A stretch of DNA of 64,000 nt from Methylocystaceae bacterium. Its GTDB lineage: Bacteria; Pseudomonadota; Alphaproteobacteria; Rhodospirillales; Terasakiellaceae. Below, piece by piece: positions 29,737-38,600 of the stretch (positions within the stretch are counted from its first letter, which is position 1; each line of letters opens with the position of its first letter). Below the pieces are notes generated by a model. That model ran no database searches. It was not told the origin of the DNA and was given only the letters and a program-made list of their open reading frames with translations. A program made the position numbers and the translations under genes. The stretch spans positions 969,853-1,033,852 of the forward strand of contig JABXIG010000003.1 of the NCBI GenBank assembly GCA_013373205.1, written 5' to 3'.

Positions 29737-30228
29737 GTGGCAAGTTCAATTAGCCTTTGGGTCTTTCTATTTGCATTTTGGTTTTTGCTCTCCGGGCATA
29801 CCGAGCCACTGCTATTAGGCTTCGGTGCTTTTTCATGCACGATAGTTGTTTATATCGCCCATCGTATGGATGTGATTGACCATGAAGGTCATCCCTCACA
29901 TCTTTCCTTTAAAATCATTCCCTACTGGGCTTGGCTGTGTTGGGAAATTGTCAAAGCCAATATTGATGTTGCAAAAGTGATTATCTCACCCAAGCTTCCA
30001 ATCAGCCCGGTGATGTTTAAGACCAAAGCCAGTCAGTCACGCGAATTGGGTCAAGTCATTTACGCAAATTCGATTACGTTGACCCCCGGTACAATCGCCG
30101 TTGATCTGGAAAATGGTGTGCTTGAAATTCATGCGCTCACGGTTGAAGGGGCAAAAGGGGTTTTAACAGGTGATATGGATCGCCGCGTCTGCAAGGTCAA
30201 AGGCGAGATGGAGGGGCATGACGAATGA
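29737..30228 (+). CDS. mrpE: Mrp/Mnh Na+/H+ antiporter subunit E
   Basis: IVKANIDVAK, YANSITLTPGT, LEIHAL. Confidence 0.93.
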   Translation: MASSISLWVFLFAFWFLLSGHTEPLLLGFGAFSCTIVVYIAHRMDVIDHEGHPSHLSFKIIPYWAWLCWEIVKANIDVAKVIISPKLPISPVMFKTKASQSRELGQVIYANSITLTPGTIAVDLENGVLEIHALTVEGAKGVLTGDMDRRVCKVKGEMEGHDE

Positions 30229-30524
30229 TGTTTGTTGCCGCAACTATCGCAGTGATTATTTCAATACTTCTCGGTTTAATTCGTGCATTTCTGGGCCCGA
30301 CAATTTATGACAGAGTTCTTGCCGGTAATATGATCGGCACCCTGACTGTTATTTTAATTTCTGTTCATGGTTTTTTGACAGAACGTCCGGAATTTCTTGA
30401 TATTGCCCTTGTTTACGCACTGATTAACTTTATTGGAACGATCGCCATTTTGAAATATTTCCGTTTTAAAGACCTTGGACACGCGGGCACGGACCATAGC
30501 GCGAATGAACAGGAGAATATGTAA
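30225..30524 (+). CDS. mrpF: Mrp/Mnh antiporter subunit F
   Basis: GPTIYDRVLA, LDIALVYALINFIGT. Confidence 0.92.
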   Translation: MMFVAATIAVIISILLGLIRAFLGPTIYDRVLAGNMIGTLTVILISVHGFLTERPEFLDIALVYALINFIGTIAILKYFRFKDLGHAGTDHSANEQENM

Positions 30525-30892
30525 TGGATCTTATTCTCGATATTCTTAGCTGGTTTTTCATCCTTCTTGGTTCCGCCTTTGTTTTGATTGGTGCAATTGG
30601 TGTTCTGCGTTTACCTGAAGTCTTTACGCGGTCTCATGCTGCCGGGATGGTGGATACTTTTGGGACGGGTTTGATCTTATTGGGGCTGATGTTTCAGGCC
30701 GGTGGTTTCAATCTGATTGTGGTCAAATTAATTATGATTGGATTTTTTCTGTTCTTTACCAGCCCAGTTGCCTGTCATGCATTGGTGCGTGCGGCGATTG
30801 TAGATGGTGCAAAACCCATGTTGAAAGAAGGTGTCGTACTTGAAGGCGAGTATAAAGACACCCCCAAAGACGAAGGAGACAAGCCATCTTAG
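30524..30892 (+). CDS. mrpG: Mrp/Mnh antiporter subunit G
   Basis: GVLRLPEVFTRSHAAG, TSPVACHAL. Confidence 0.92.
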   Translation: MDLILDILSWFFILLGSAFVLIGAIGVLRLPEVFTRSHAAGMVDTFGTGLILLGLMFQAGGFNLIVVKLIMIGFFLFFTSPVACHALVRAAIVDGAKPMLKEGVVLEGEYKDTPKDEGDKPS

Positions 30893-31473
30893 ATATATTA
30901 GATATTGTACTGCTTTTCTTTATGGCTGTGACAGCGATTAGCATCGTACGCATGAAGAATCTTTTTGCAGTCGTCATGATGGGGGGCATTTACAGCCTTC
31001 TGTCGGCTTTGATCTTTGTTAATCTGGACGCCGTTGATGTGGCTTTCACAGAAGCATCTGTCGGAGCCGGTATTTCAACCGTTTTAATGCTTGGTACTCT
31101 TGCCCTCACCTCGCGTGAAGAAAAGCAGGAAAAAAAGTCATCGCATAAGATTTGGTTGCCTTTGGCCGTTTGTATCGCAACAGGGGCTGCGCTCGTTTAC
31201 GGCACATTGGATATGCCTTTGTATGGCGACCCTAACGCGCCAATCCATCAGCATGTCGCCCCACGTTATTTGACAGAATCCATTGATGAAGTGGGCATGC
31301 CCAATGTCGTCACATCTGTTTTGGCGAGTTATCGTGGTTTTGATACGCTAGGTGAAACAACCGTGGTCTTTACCGCTGTTGTGGGTGTTCTCATTCTCCT
31401 GACCGGACGTCGACGTCGTGAAAAACATGAACCGACCCTTGAAGAACTGGAAGAACAGGAGGATGAGGTATGA
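30886..31473 (+). CDS. Mrp antiporter DUF4040/MrpB-like subunit; probable non-canonical ATC start at 30886 (first ATG at 30922)
   Basis: AVDVAFTEASVGAGISTVL, NVVTSVLASYRGFDTLGE; AAGGAG RBS 7 nt before ATC and no ATG/GTG/TTG in frame between the stop at 30853 and 30922. Confidence 0.85.
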   Translation: MLDILDIVLLFFMAVTAISIVRMKNLFAVVMMGGIYSLLSALIFVNLDAVDVAFTEASVGAGISTVLMLGTLALTSREEKQEKKSSHKIWLPLAVCIATGAALVYGTLDMPLYGDPNAPIHQHVAPRYLTESIDEVGMPNVVTSVLASYRGFDTLGETTVVFTAVVGVLILLTGRRRREKHEPTLEELEEQEDEV

Positions 31474-31889
31474 TACAACGCAAACCCATTTTACGGGTCA
31501 CTTCAAAAGTCTTCATGCCCTTTATTCTGCTGTATGCCCTCTATGTCCAATTTCATGGTGATTTTGGTCCCGGCGGCGGGTTTCAGGCTGGTGTAATTTT
31601 TGGTTCCAGTTTTATCCTATATGCACTAATTTTCGGATTGCATGATGCAAAACTGGTTCTCCCCAGTGCCGTTTTGGAAATTTTATCCGCTTTAGGAGTG
31701 TTGGTCTATGCCGGAACAGGTGTGGTCAGCTTCTTTATGGGGAGTAATTTCCTGAATTATAACGCATTGGCCCATGATGCCTTACATGGTCAACATTATG
31801 GTATTTTGCTGGTCGAATTAGGTGTTGGCATTACGGTCTTTTCATCTATGACATTGATTTTTTATGTTTTTGCAGGACGGGGGCGCTAA
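31470..31889 (+). CDS. mrpB: Mrp/Mnh antiporter subunit B
   Basis: FHGDFGPGGGFQAG, ELGVGITV. Confidence 0.92.
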   Translation: MIQRKPILRVTSKVFMPFILLYALYVQFHGDFGPGGGFQAGVIFGSSFILYALIFGLHDAKLVLPSAVLEILSALGVLVYAGTGVVSFFMGSNFLNYNALAHDALHGQHYGILLVELGVGITVFSSMTLIFYVFAGRGR

Positions 31890-31893
31890 GACT

Positions 31894-32265
31894 GTGCAGT
31901 ATTTAGACTTTCTGTCGCCCGGACTCTATAACTACTGGATCGTGATCTTTTTGATGATGGTCGGTTTTTATATTGTTATTTCCCGCGGCAATCTGGTTAA
32001 AAAACTGGTGGGGTTGAACATTTTTCAAACCTCGGTTTTTGTTCTTTATATTTCCATGGGGAAGGTTGAAGGGGGCACGGCCCCGATATTTGGCGAAGGG
32101 TTTAATACCTTTTCCAATCCCCTGCCCCATGTGTTGATCCTGACTGCAATTGTTGTGGGTATTGCCACAACAGCCCTTGGCTTGTCGCTGGTTGTTCGTA
32201 TTCGTGAAGAATACGGTACCATCGAAGAAGAAGATATTCATGCGCAGGAGGATGAATCTTTATGA
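31894..32265 (+). CDS. mrpC: Mrp/Mnh antiporter subunit C (probable GTG start; ORF track starts at 31864)
   Basis: NLVKKLVGL, NPLPHVLILTAIVVG. Confidence 0.92.
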   Translation: MQYLDFLSPGLYNYWIVIFLMMVGFYIVISRGNLVKKLVGLNIFQTSVFVLYISMGKVEGGTAPIFGEGFNTFSNPLPHVLILTAIVVGIATTALGLSLVVRIREEYGTIEEEDIHAQEDESL

Positions 32266-33737
32266 GTGCCCATCTTCCTATTCTGCAAATTCTTATCCCG
32301 CTAATGGCGGCACCATTTTGTGTGATCTTGCGTCATCGTGATATTGCCTGGTTAATATCTCTGATCGTCAGTCTGGCGTGCTTTGCTGTTTCCTTATTAA
32401 TTTTGGATCAGGTTCTGACGCAAGGGGTCATTTCCTATTTTATGGGCGATTGGCCGGCACCGTGGGGGATCGAATTCCGCATTGATGTTGTTAATGCCTA
32501 TGTTTTAGTGATTGTTGCTGCAATTGGCGCCATTGTCTCACTTTATGGTCGGCATAGCGTCAACAAGGAAATCCCTAAAAACCGGATTTACCTTTTTTAC
32601 ACAGCCTATCTTTTATGTCTGACTGGTCTGTTGGGCATGACCGCGACGGGTGATGCCTTTAACCTGTTTGTTTTCCTGGAAATCTCTTCTCTGTCCACTT
32701 ATGCAATGGTTTCATTGGGAAAAGATCGCCGGGCCCTGACAGCGTCTTATCAATATCTGGTGATGGGAACATTAGGGGCGACATTTTACGTTATCGGCCT
32801 CGGCCTTCTGTATATGATGACGGGAACCCTGAACATTGTTGACCTTCATGATAGGCTGGTCGGTATGGATGGGTCGATCCGTACATTACAGGCTGCCCTT
32901 GCCTTCTTAACCGTTGGCTTAAGTCTTAAACTTGCCTTGTTCCCGCTTCATCTTTGGTTACCAAATGCCTACAGCTATGCGCCAAGCACTGTCACAGCCT
33001 TTTTGGCAGCAACAGCAACCAAGGTTGCTGTTTATGTGATGCTGCGGGTCTTCTTTACGATCTTCGGCGTGGATATTTTTGAAGAAACCGGACTTGCTAA
33101 TGTCCTGATGATCTTTGCCATAGCAGGGATGTTTGTGGCATCAACCGTTGCGATCTTCCAAAACAACATTAAACGGATGCTGGCTTATTCTTCGGTTGCG
33201 CAAATTGGCTACATTATGCTCGGCATCAGTTTTTTGAATGCGACAGGTGTTTCAGCCGGTCTCGTGCACTTGCTTAATCATGCGATTATGAAATGCACCT
33301 GTTTCCTTGCTGTTGGTTGCATCGTTTACCGTATGGGAACTGTACGTTTAAGTGAACTCAATGGAGTGGGCAAAAAAATGCCCTGGACCATGGGGGCTTT
33401 TGTGATCGGCGGCATGAGCCTGATCGGGGTGCCTTTAACGGTTGGTTTTGTCTCTAAATGGCAGTTGATTTCAGCCGCTTTTGAAGCTGATATGATGCCT
33501 GTTGCAGCTTTGATCCTGTTAAGCTCTCTTCTTGCTGTCATTTATGTCTGGCGCGTGATCGAAATCGCATATTTCAGAGAGCCAACACAAAACACAGGTG
33601 TAAAAGAAGCGCCCCTGTCTATGTTGATCCCTTTGTGGATCATGGCGGGTGCCGCCATTTATTTTGGGATTGATACAGGTATGACCCTAGGCATTGCCGA
33701 AATTGCAGCAGATATGCTGGTTGGAGGGACGCCATGA
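32262..33737 (+). CDS. mrpD: Mrp antiporter subunit D family, paralog 1
   Basis: NuoM/MrpD-type membrane subunit: DAFNLFVFLEI, KLALFPLHLWLPNAY, KRMLAYSS. Confidence 0.9.
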   Translation: MSAHLPILQILIPLMAAPFCVILRHRDIAWLISLIVSLACFAVSLLILDQVLTQGVISYFMGDWPAPWGIEFRIDVVNAYVLVIVAAIGAIVSLYGRHSVNKEIPKNRIYLFYTAYLLCLTGLLGMTATGDAFNLFVFLEISSLSTYAMVSLGKDRRALTASYQYLVMGTLGATFYVIGLGLLYMMTGTLNIVDLHDRLVGMDGSIRTLQAALAFLTVGLSLKLALFPLHLWLPNAYSYAPSTVTAFLAATATKVAVYVMLRVFFTIFGVDIFEETGLANVLMIFAIAGMFVASTVAIFQNNIKRMLAYSSVAQIGYIMLGISFLNATGVSAGLVHLLNHAIMKCTCFLAVGCIVYRMGTVRLSELNGVGKKMPWTMGAFVIGGMSLIGVPLTVGFVSKWQLISAAFEADMMPVAALILLSSLLAVIYVWRVIEIAYFREPTQNTGVKEAPLSMLIPLWIMAGAAIYFGIDTGMTLGIAEIAADMLVGGTP

Positions 33738-35212
33738 GTTTGGAACTTTCAATCATTCTAGCCATGGCTATTCCGGCTATAGGGGCGATTTTAATTGCAC
33801 TAACAGGCAAAATACCGAACCTGCGCGAAACAGTTACCCTCTTTACGGCGGTTGCTCTGTTTTTAAACGTGCTTAACCTGCTCGGTCCGGTTTTGGATGG
33901 ACAAACGCCCGAAATTACTTTTGTGGAAATGTTCCCGGGATTGGCAATTGCCTTTAAGGTCGAACCATTGGGCATGATGTTTTCGCTGATTGCATCCGGC
34001 CTTTGGATTTTGAACTCGATCTATTCCATTGGTTATATGCGCGGCAATAAAGAAAAGCATCAAACCCGCTTTTATATTTGTTTTGCCATTGCGATCGCTG
34101 CGACCTTAGGTCTGGCTTATTCTGCAAACCTGTTAACCTTGTTCATTTTCTATGAAGTCTTGACCTTCAGCACCTATCCGCTGGTTTCTCATAAAGGGAA
34201 TGAAACGGCTGTTAAGGGTGCGCGCACATATCTTGGTATTCTGGTAACGACCTCGGTTGCTTTCTTGTTCCTTGCGATTGCGTGGACCTATGCGGCAACA
34301 GGCACACTTGATTTCACCAAGGGTGGTATTTTAGGTGGCCATGTTGAAGGCCCCATGCTGGGTCTGCTTTTAATGTTGTTTATCTACGGTATTGGTAAAG
34401 CAGCCGTCATGCCTGTTCACCGCTGGCTGCCCGCAGCCATGGTCGCACCAACACCCGTGTCAGCCCTACTGCATGCCGTTGCGGTTGTAAAATCCGGTGT
34501 TTTCTCTGTCGTTAAAGTGATCGTTTACACTTTCGGAATTGATAACCTTGTTGAATCAGGGTCCGCAGGCTGGTTGGTCTGGATTTCCGGCTTTACGATT
34601 ATCGCGGCCTCTATGGTGGCATTACGTCAGGATAACCTGAAACGCCGTCTGGCTTATTCAACAATTTCGCAACTATCCTATGTGGTTTTAGCAGCTGCAA
34701 TCCTGACACCGATTTCTGCTGTTGGGGCTGCGTTGCATATTGCCGCCCACGCCTTTGGCAAAATCACCCTCTTCTTTGCAGCTGGTTCGATCTATACGGC
34801 AGCACATAAGACAGAGGTCAGCCAGTTAAACGGCATTGGTTGGAAAATGCCGATTACGATGACAGCTTTTGCCATCGGGGCCCTGTCCATGATTGGACTT
34901 CCGCCAACTGCGGGCTTTATTTCGAAATGGTATATCATTCAGGGGGCCATGAGTTCTGAAAACTTCGTTGCCCTATCCGTCGTGGTATTGAGTACCTTGT
35001 TAAACGCAGGCTATTTCTTACCGATTATCTATGCGGCATTCTTTAAGAAAGACGATGGTAAACCTGATCATGGTCACCACGACGATCATGGGGAAGCGCC
35101 CTTACCCATCGTCATTGCCATTACCTCAACGGCATTATTAACCATTTTGATGTTCTTCTTCCCGGATGTGGCCCTTAATCTGGCCCAACAAATGATTGGG
35201 GGTGCACCATGA
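33734..35212 (+). CDS. Mrp antiporter subunit D family, paralog 2
   Basis: FIFYEVL, GKAAVMPVHRWLPAAMVAPTPVSALLH, KRRLAYST. Confidence 0.88.
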   Translation: MSLELSIILAMAIPAIGAILIALTGKIPNLRETVTLFTAVALFLNVLNLLGPVLDGQTPEITFVEMFPGLAIAFKVEPLGMMFSLIASGLWILNSIYSIGYMRGNKEKHQTRFYICFAIAIAATLGLAYSANLLTLFIFYEVLTFSTYPLVSHKGNETAVKGARTYLGILVTTSVAFLFLAIAWTYAATGTLDFTKGGILGGHVEGPMLGLLLMLFIYGIGKAAVMPVHRWLPAAMVAPTPVSALLHAVAVVKSGVFSVVKVIVYTFGIDNLVESGSAGWLVWISGFTIIAASMVALRQDNLKRRLAYSTISQLSYVVLAAAILTPISAVGAALHIAAHAFGKITLFFAAGSIYTAAHKTEVSQLNGIGWKMPITMTAFAIGALSMIGLPPTAGFISKWYIIQGAMSSENFVALSVVVLSTLLNAGYFLPIIYAAFFKKDDGKPDHGHHDDHGEAPLPIVIAITSTALLTILMFFFPDVALNLAQQMIGGAP

Positions 35213-35460
35213 GTGACAAACAAGACATTCACTGGCTGTGTCGCCCAGCCACTATTAAAAAACTATGGATTATCGGGATTATAATTCTAGTTATCACGGT
35301 TGGTTTGGAATTTACCATTCATCCCCACGCCTATTTTGGTGTCGATGGCTGGTTTGGCTTTAATGCCTGGTTTGGTTTTTTATCCTGTGCAGCGATGGTT
35401 CTATTTGCAAAATTACTTGGCATTTTCTTAAAGCGGGAGGACACGTACTATGATGATTAA
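35209..35460 (+). CDS. Small membrane protein within the Mrp cluster (83 aa)
   Basis: Two hydrophobic helices; overlaps both neighbours (ATGA-type coupling); HWLCRPATIKKLW and C-terminal LKREDTYYDD. Confidence 0.8.
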   Translation: MSDKQDIHWLCRPATIKKLWIIGIIILVITVGLEFTIHPHAYFGVDGWFGFNAWFGFLSCAAMVLFAKLLGIFLKREDTYYDD

Positions 35461-37165
35461 TAGTGCCCTGCCCCCCGGGCTGATCCTCATTCTTGGCGCA
35501 CTATTCCTGCCCTCCTTGGTCGGGAATGCCCGTAAGACAGCAATGTTGTTGTTACCCGTTTTGACCATGTATCTTATTTGGGCTGTGCCTGATGGGGTGC
35601 AATTAACGGTCCCGTTCCTTGATTACACACTTGAACCGTTGCAAGGTGATAAGCTATCGCGTTTGTTTGCGACCATCTTTACCTTAATGGCATTTGTTGG
35701 CGGTATTTTTGCCCTTAATCAAAAAAGCCAAATTGAACTAATGTCTGCATATGCCTATGCGGGCGGTGCTGTTGGTGTGGCAATGGCCGGGGACCTTGTC
35801 ACCGTCTTTATTTTCTGGGAATTTATGGCCGTTGCGTCAACCCTTGTGATCTGGTCAGCACGTACTAAAGAATCTTATGGGGCTTCCATGCGCTATGCCA
35901 TTGTGCATTTGTTTGGTGGTGTCATTTTAATGATCGGTGTGATTGGTCAAATTTATCATTCGGGTTCGGTTGAATTCTCAGCTATGAAAGCAGACAGCTG
36001 GTGGACATGGATGTTACTGGCGGGATTCTTAATCAACGCAGGTGCACCACCCTTTTCTTCATGGTTGCCTGACGCATACCCAAGCGCATCCTGGTCTGGT
36101 AGCGTGTTTCTGTCTGCCTTTACCACTAAGACAGCGGTTTATGTTCTGATCCGCAGTTTTCCCGGTGAAAACATTCTGATCTTTGTTGGTCTTTATATGG
36201 TGTTCTACGGGATTATCTATGCCCTTCTTGAAAATGACATGCGCCGTATTTTAGCTTATTCGATCATTAATCAGGTTGGCTTTATGGTCACTGGGATTGG
36301 AATTGGGACGGACATGGCGTTAAATGGCGCGTCTGCTCATGCTTTTGCCCATATCATCTATAAGGCACTGTTGCTGATGTCTGCAGGTGCTGTGATGTAT
36401 GAAATTAATAAGCGAAAATGTACGGACCTTGGCGGTCTTTACAAGGCTATGCCGCTTACAATGGTTTGCGGTACCATCGGTGCATTGGCGATTTCGGGCT
36501 TCCCGTTGACGTCTGGCTTTACGACCAAAACCATGATTGCCTCAGCGGCAGCAAGTGAACATATTGATTATGCGTGGTTCTTGCTGGAAGCAGCCTCAGC
36601 GGGTGTATTCCTCCACGCAGGGATCAAATTCCCGTGGTTTGTGTTCTTCCAACGCGCACCGGGCTATGTGGAACGTGAATTTGGTGCCAAGCCGAAAGAT
36701 CCACCGTTTAACATGAAACTAGCCATGGTCATTTTTGCTGGTTTTTGTATTGGTCTTGGTATCTATCCAGAACCACTTTATGCAATATTGCCTTACAGTG
36801 TAGATTTCGAACCCTATAAACCAGCCAAAGTCGTTCATATGCTGGAACTATTGCTCTTTTCCGGCTTTGCTTTCTTTGTCTTATTGAAGATGATGAAACG
36901 GACTTTAACCATCACACTGGATTTCGACTGGTTTTACCGTAAATTCTTCAATCTGCTGCATGAAGAATTTGTCATTAAACATGGTGGCGCGGCCTTTGCC
37001 GCCTTCAAAAGTGCTTCTTTGAAACGTGTTGATACCATTATCAAGCATGTCTTTAAACATCATGGACCAGAAGGTATCCTCGCACGGACATGGCCTACGG
37101 GCAGTATGGTTCTGTGGGTTGCTATTCTTTTAGGACTCTATCTGATAGTCTATTACGTCCTGTAA
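35450..37165 (+). CDS. Mrp antiporter subunit D family, paralog 3
   Basis: FIFWEFM, WLPDAYP, SAFTTKTAVY, RRILAYS, HAFAHIIYKALL. Confidence 0.88.
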   Translation: MMINSALPPGLILILGALFLPSLVGNARKTAMLLLPVLTMYLIWAVPDGVQLTVPFLDYTLEPLQGDKLSRLFATIFTLMAFVGGIFALNQKSQIELMSAYAYAGGAVGVAMAGDLVTVFIFWEFMAVASTLVIWSARTKESYGASMRYAIVHLFGGVILMIGVIGQIYHSGSVEFSAMKADSWWTWMLLAGFLINAGAPPFSSWLPDAYPSASWSGSVFLSAFTTKTAVYVLIRSFPGENILIFVGLYMVFYGIIYALLENDMRRILAYSIINQVGFMVTGIGIGTDMALNGASAHAFAHIIYKALLLMSAGAVMYEINKRKCTDLGGLYKAMPLTMVCGTIGALAISGFPLTSGFTTKTMIASAAASEHIDYAWFLLEAASAGVFLHAGIKFPWFVFFQRAPGYVEREFGAKPKDPPFNMKLAMVIFAGFCIGLGIYPEPLYAILPYSVDFEPYKPAKVVHMLELLLFSGFAFFVLLKMMKRTLTITLDFDWFYRKFFNLLHEEFVIKHGGAAFAAFKSASLKRVDTIIKHVFKHHGPEGILARTWPTGSMVLWVAILLGLYLIVYYVL

Positions 37166-37184
37166 AATAGGTCAGAAAGAATCT

Positions 37185-37217
37185 AAAAAATGGAGGCCAT
37201 TGTGCCTCCATTTCTTT
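37185..37217 (+). terminator. Intrinsic terminator after the Mrp cluster
   Basis: AAAAAATGGAGGC-CATTGT-GCCTCCATTTCTTT. Confidence 0.75.
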
Positions 37218-37374
37218 GTGATAATCATGATTTGAAACTTCATAATAGTAGTATTGTTTAATAATTTACACCCTTAGGCATTCTAATTTATAAAGAACAT
37301 ATTTGGAATTTATTCCTATTTTCTAAAGTGGCTCACAAGTTATTGAAATTGAATAATTATAAATTTGCTCGAAA

Positions 37375-37388
37375 TTGACTTAAGTCAT
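37375..37388 (+). promoter_or_regulatory. FNR/FixK-like box upstream of the cytochrome c peroxidase gene
   Basis: TTGAC-TTAA-GTCAT (near-palindrome resembling TTGAT-N4-ATCAA), with TACCAT at 37410-37415 placed where a class II -10 would lie. Confidence 0.55.
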
Positions 37389-37525
37389 AAGGTTTTTTTA
37401 GGACTCAAATACCATTGATGTGGTTATATTTTTTATAACCTCACAAGCCTAATAAGGTCAGTTGGAGACCAGAAGAAACTGACTTTATAGGGGGTATTGT
37501 TCTAACATGATCTAGGTGAGTTCTT

Positions 37526-38524
37526 ATGTTTAAGTATTCAAAAGCCGCAGCGATTGCTCTCGCTGTTTGCTTCCCACTTGTCTCACAGTCAGCCAGTGCG
37601 GAAGAACCAATTGAACCAATCACTGTAAAACCAGTTGAAGATGCAGCCATGGTTGAACTGGGTAAGAAATTGTATTTCGACCCACGTTTATCAAAATCTG
37701 GCTTTATCTCCTGTAACTCCTGTCACAATCTGTCCATGGGCGGGACAGATAACCTTAAAACCTCTATCGGACACAACTGGCAACAAGGTCCCATTAACTC
37801 CCCTACCGTTCTAAACTCTAGCCTGAACCTGGCACAGTTCTGGGATGGTCGCGCGATGAACCTGCAAGAACAAGCTGGTGGTCCGATTGCAAACCCAGGT
37901 GAAATGGCGTCAACACACGCCCTTGCATTGAAAGTTTTGCAATCAATTCCAGAATATGTTTCTGAATATAAAGCTGTCTTCAATACCGATAAAATTGATA
38001 TTGATGGTGTAACCAAAGCTATCGCAGCTTTTGAAGAAACACTGGTGACGCCGAACTCACCTTTTGACAAATGGCTGAAGGGTGACAAGAAAGCCCTGAC
38101 TGCACAAGAATTAGCTGGTTATGAACTGTTCAAAGATTCAGGTTGTACAGCCTGTCACAATGGCGCAGCTGCTGGCGGTAACACCTTTGAAAAAATGGGT
38201 GTTGTTGAACCATATCAAACCAAAAACGCTGCAGAAGGTCGTGCTGCGGTTACTAAAGATGAAGCAGACCGTTTCTACTTTAAAGTACCGACCTTGCGTA
38301 ACGTAGAACTTACCTACCCATACTTCCATGATGGCGAAGCTGCTACGTTAACAGATGCTGTTGATGTTATGGGCCGCATTCAATTGGGCAGATCCTTCAC
38401 TGATGAAGAAAACGCCAGCATTGTTGCATTCCTGAAGTCACTGACTGGGGAACAACCAACTTTTGCTATGCCGATCCTGCCACCATCAAACGATTCAACA
38501 CCTAAACCGCAACCTTTTGACTAA
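37526..38524 (+). CDS. ccpA: Periplasmic diheme cytochrome c peroxidase
   Basis: Signal peptide ending ASA; LGKKLYFDPRLS, two CXXCH (CNSCH, CTACH), QFWDGRA, FKVPTLRN, PYFHDG. Confidence 0.93.
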   Translation: MFKYSKAAAIALAVCFPLVSQSASAEEPIEPITVKPVEDAAMVELGKKLYFDPRLSKSGFISCNSCHNLSMGGTDNLKTSIGHNWQQGPINSPTVLNSSLNLAQFWDGRAMNLQEQAGGPIANPGEMASTHALALKVLQSIPEYVSEYKAVFNTDKIDIDGVTKAIAAFEETLVTPNSPFDKWLKGDKKALTAQELAGYELFKDSGCTACHNGAAAGGNTFEKMGVVEPYQTKNAAEGRAAVTKDEADRFYFKVPTLRNVELTYPYFHDGEAATLTDAVDVMGRIQLGRSFTDEENASIVAFLKSLTGEQPTFAMPILPPSNDSTPKPQPFD

Positions 38525-38549
38525 GGTCGTTCTGTCGTTTTAATAATGT

Positions 38550-38580
38550 ATACCCACGTTCTTTGATAGGACGTGGGTAT
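38550..38580. other. Intercistronic stem-loop between ccp and the TorC-like gene (no U-tract)
   Basis: ATACCCACGT-N11-ACGTGGGTAT perfect 10-bp inverted repeat. Confidence 0.7.
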
Positions 38581-38600
38581 TGCATTGATAATATAGGTTA

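Noticed and set aside
29595-29840. 81-aa minus-strand ORF upstream of mrpE
   Set aside because: Overlaps the mrpE start and its AT-rich promoter region; no motif.
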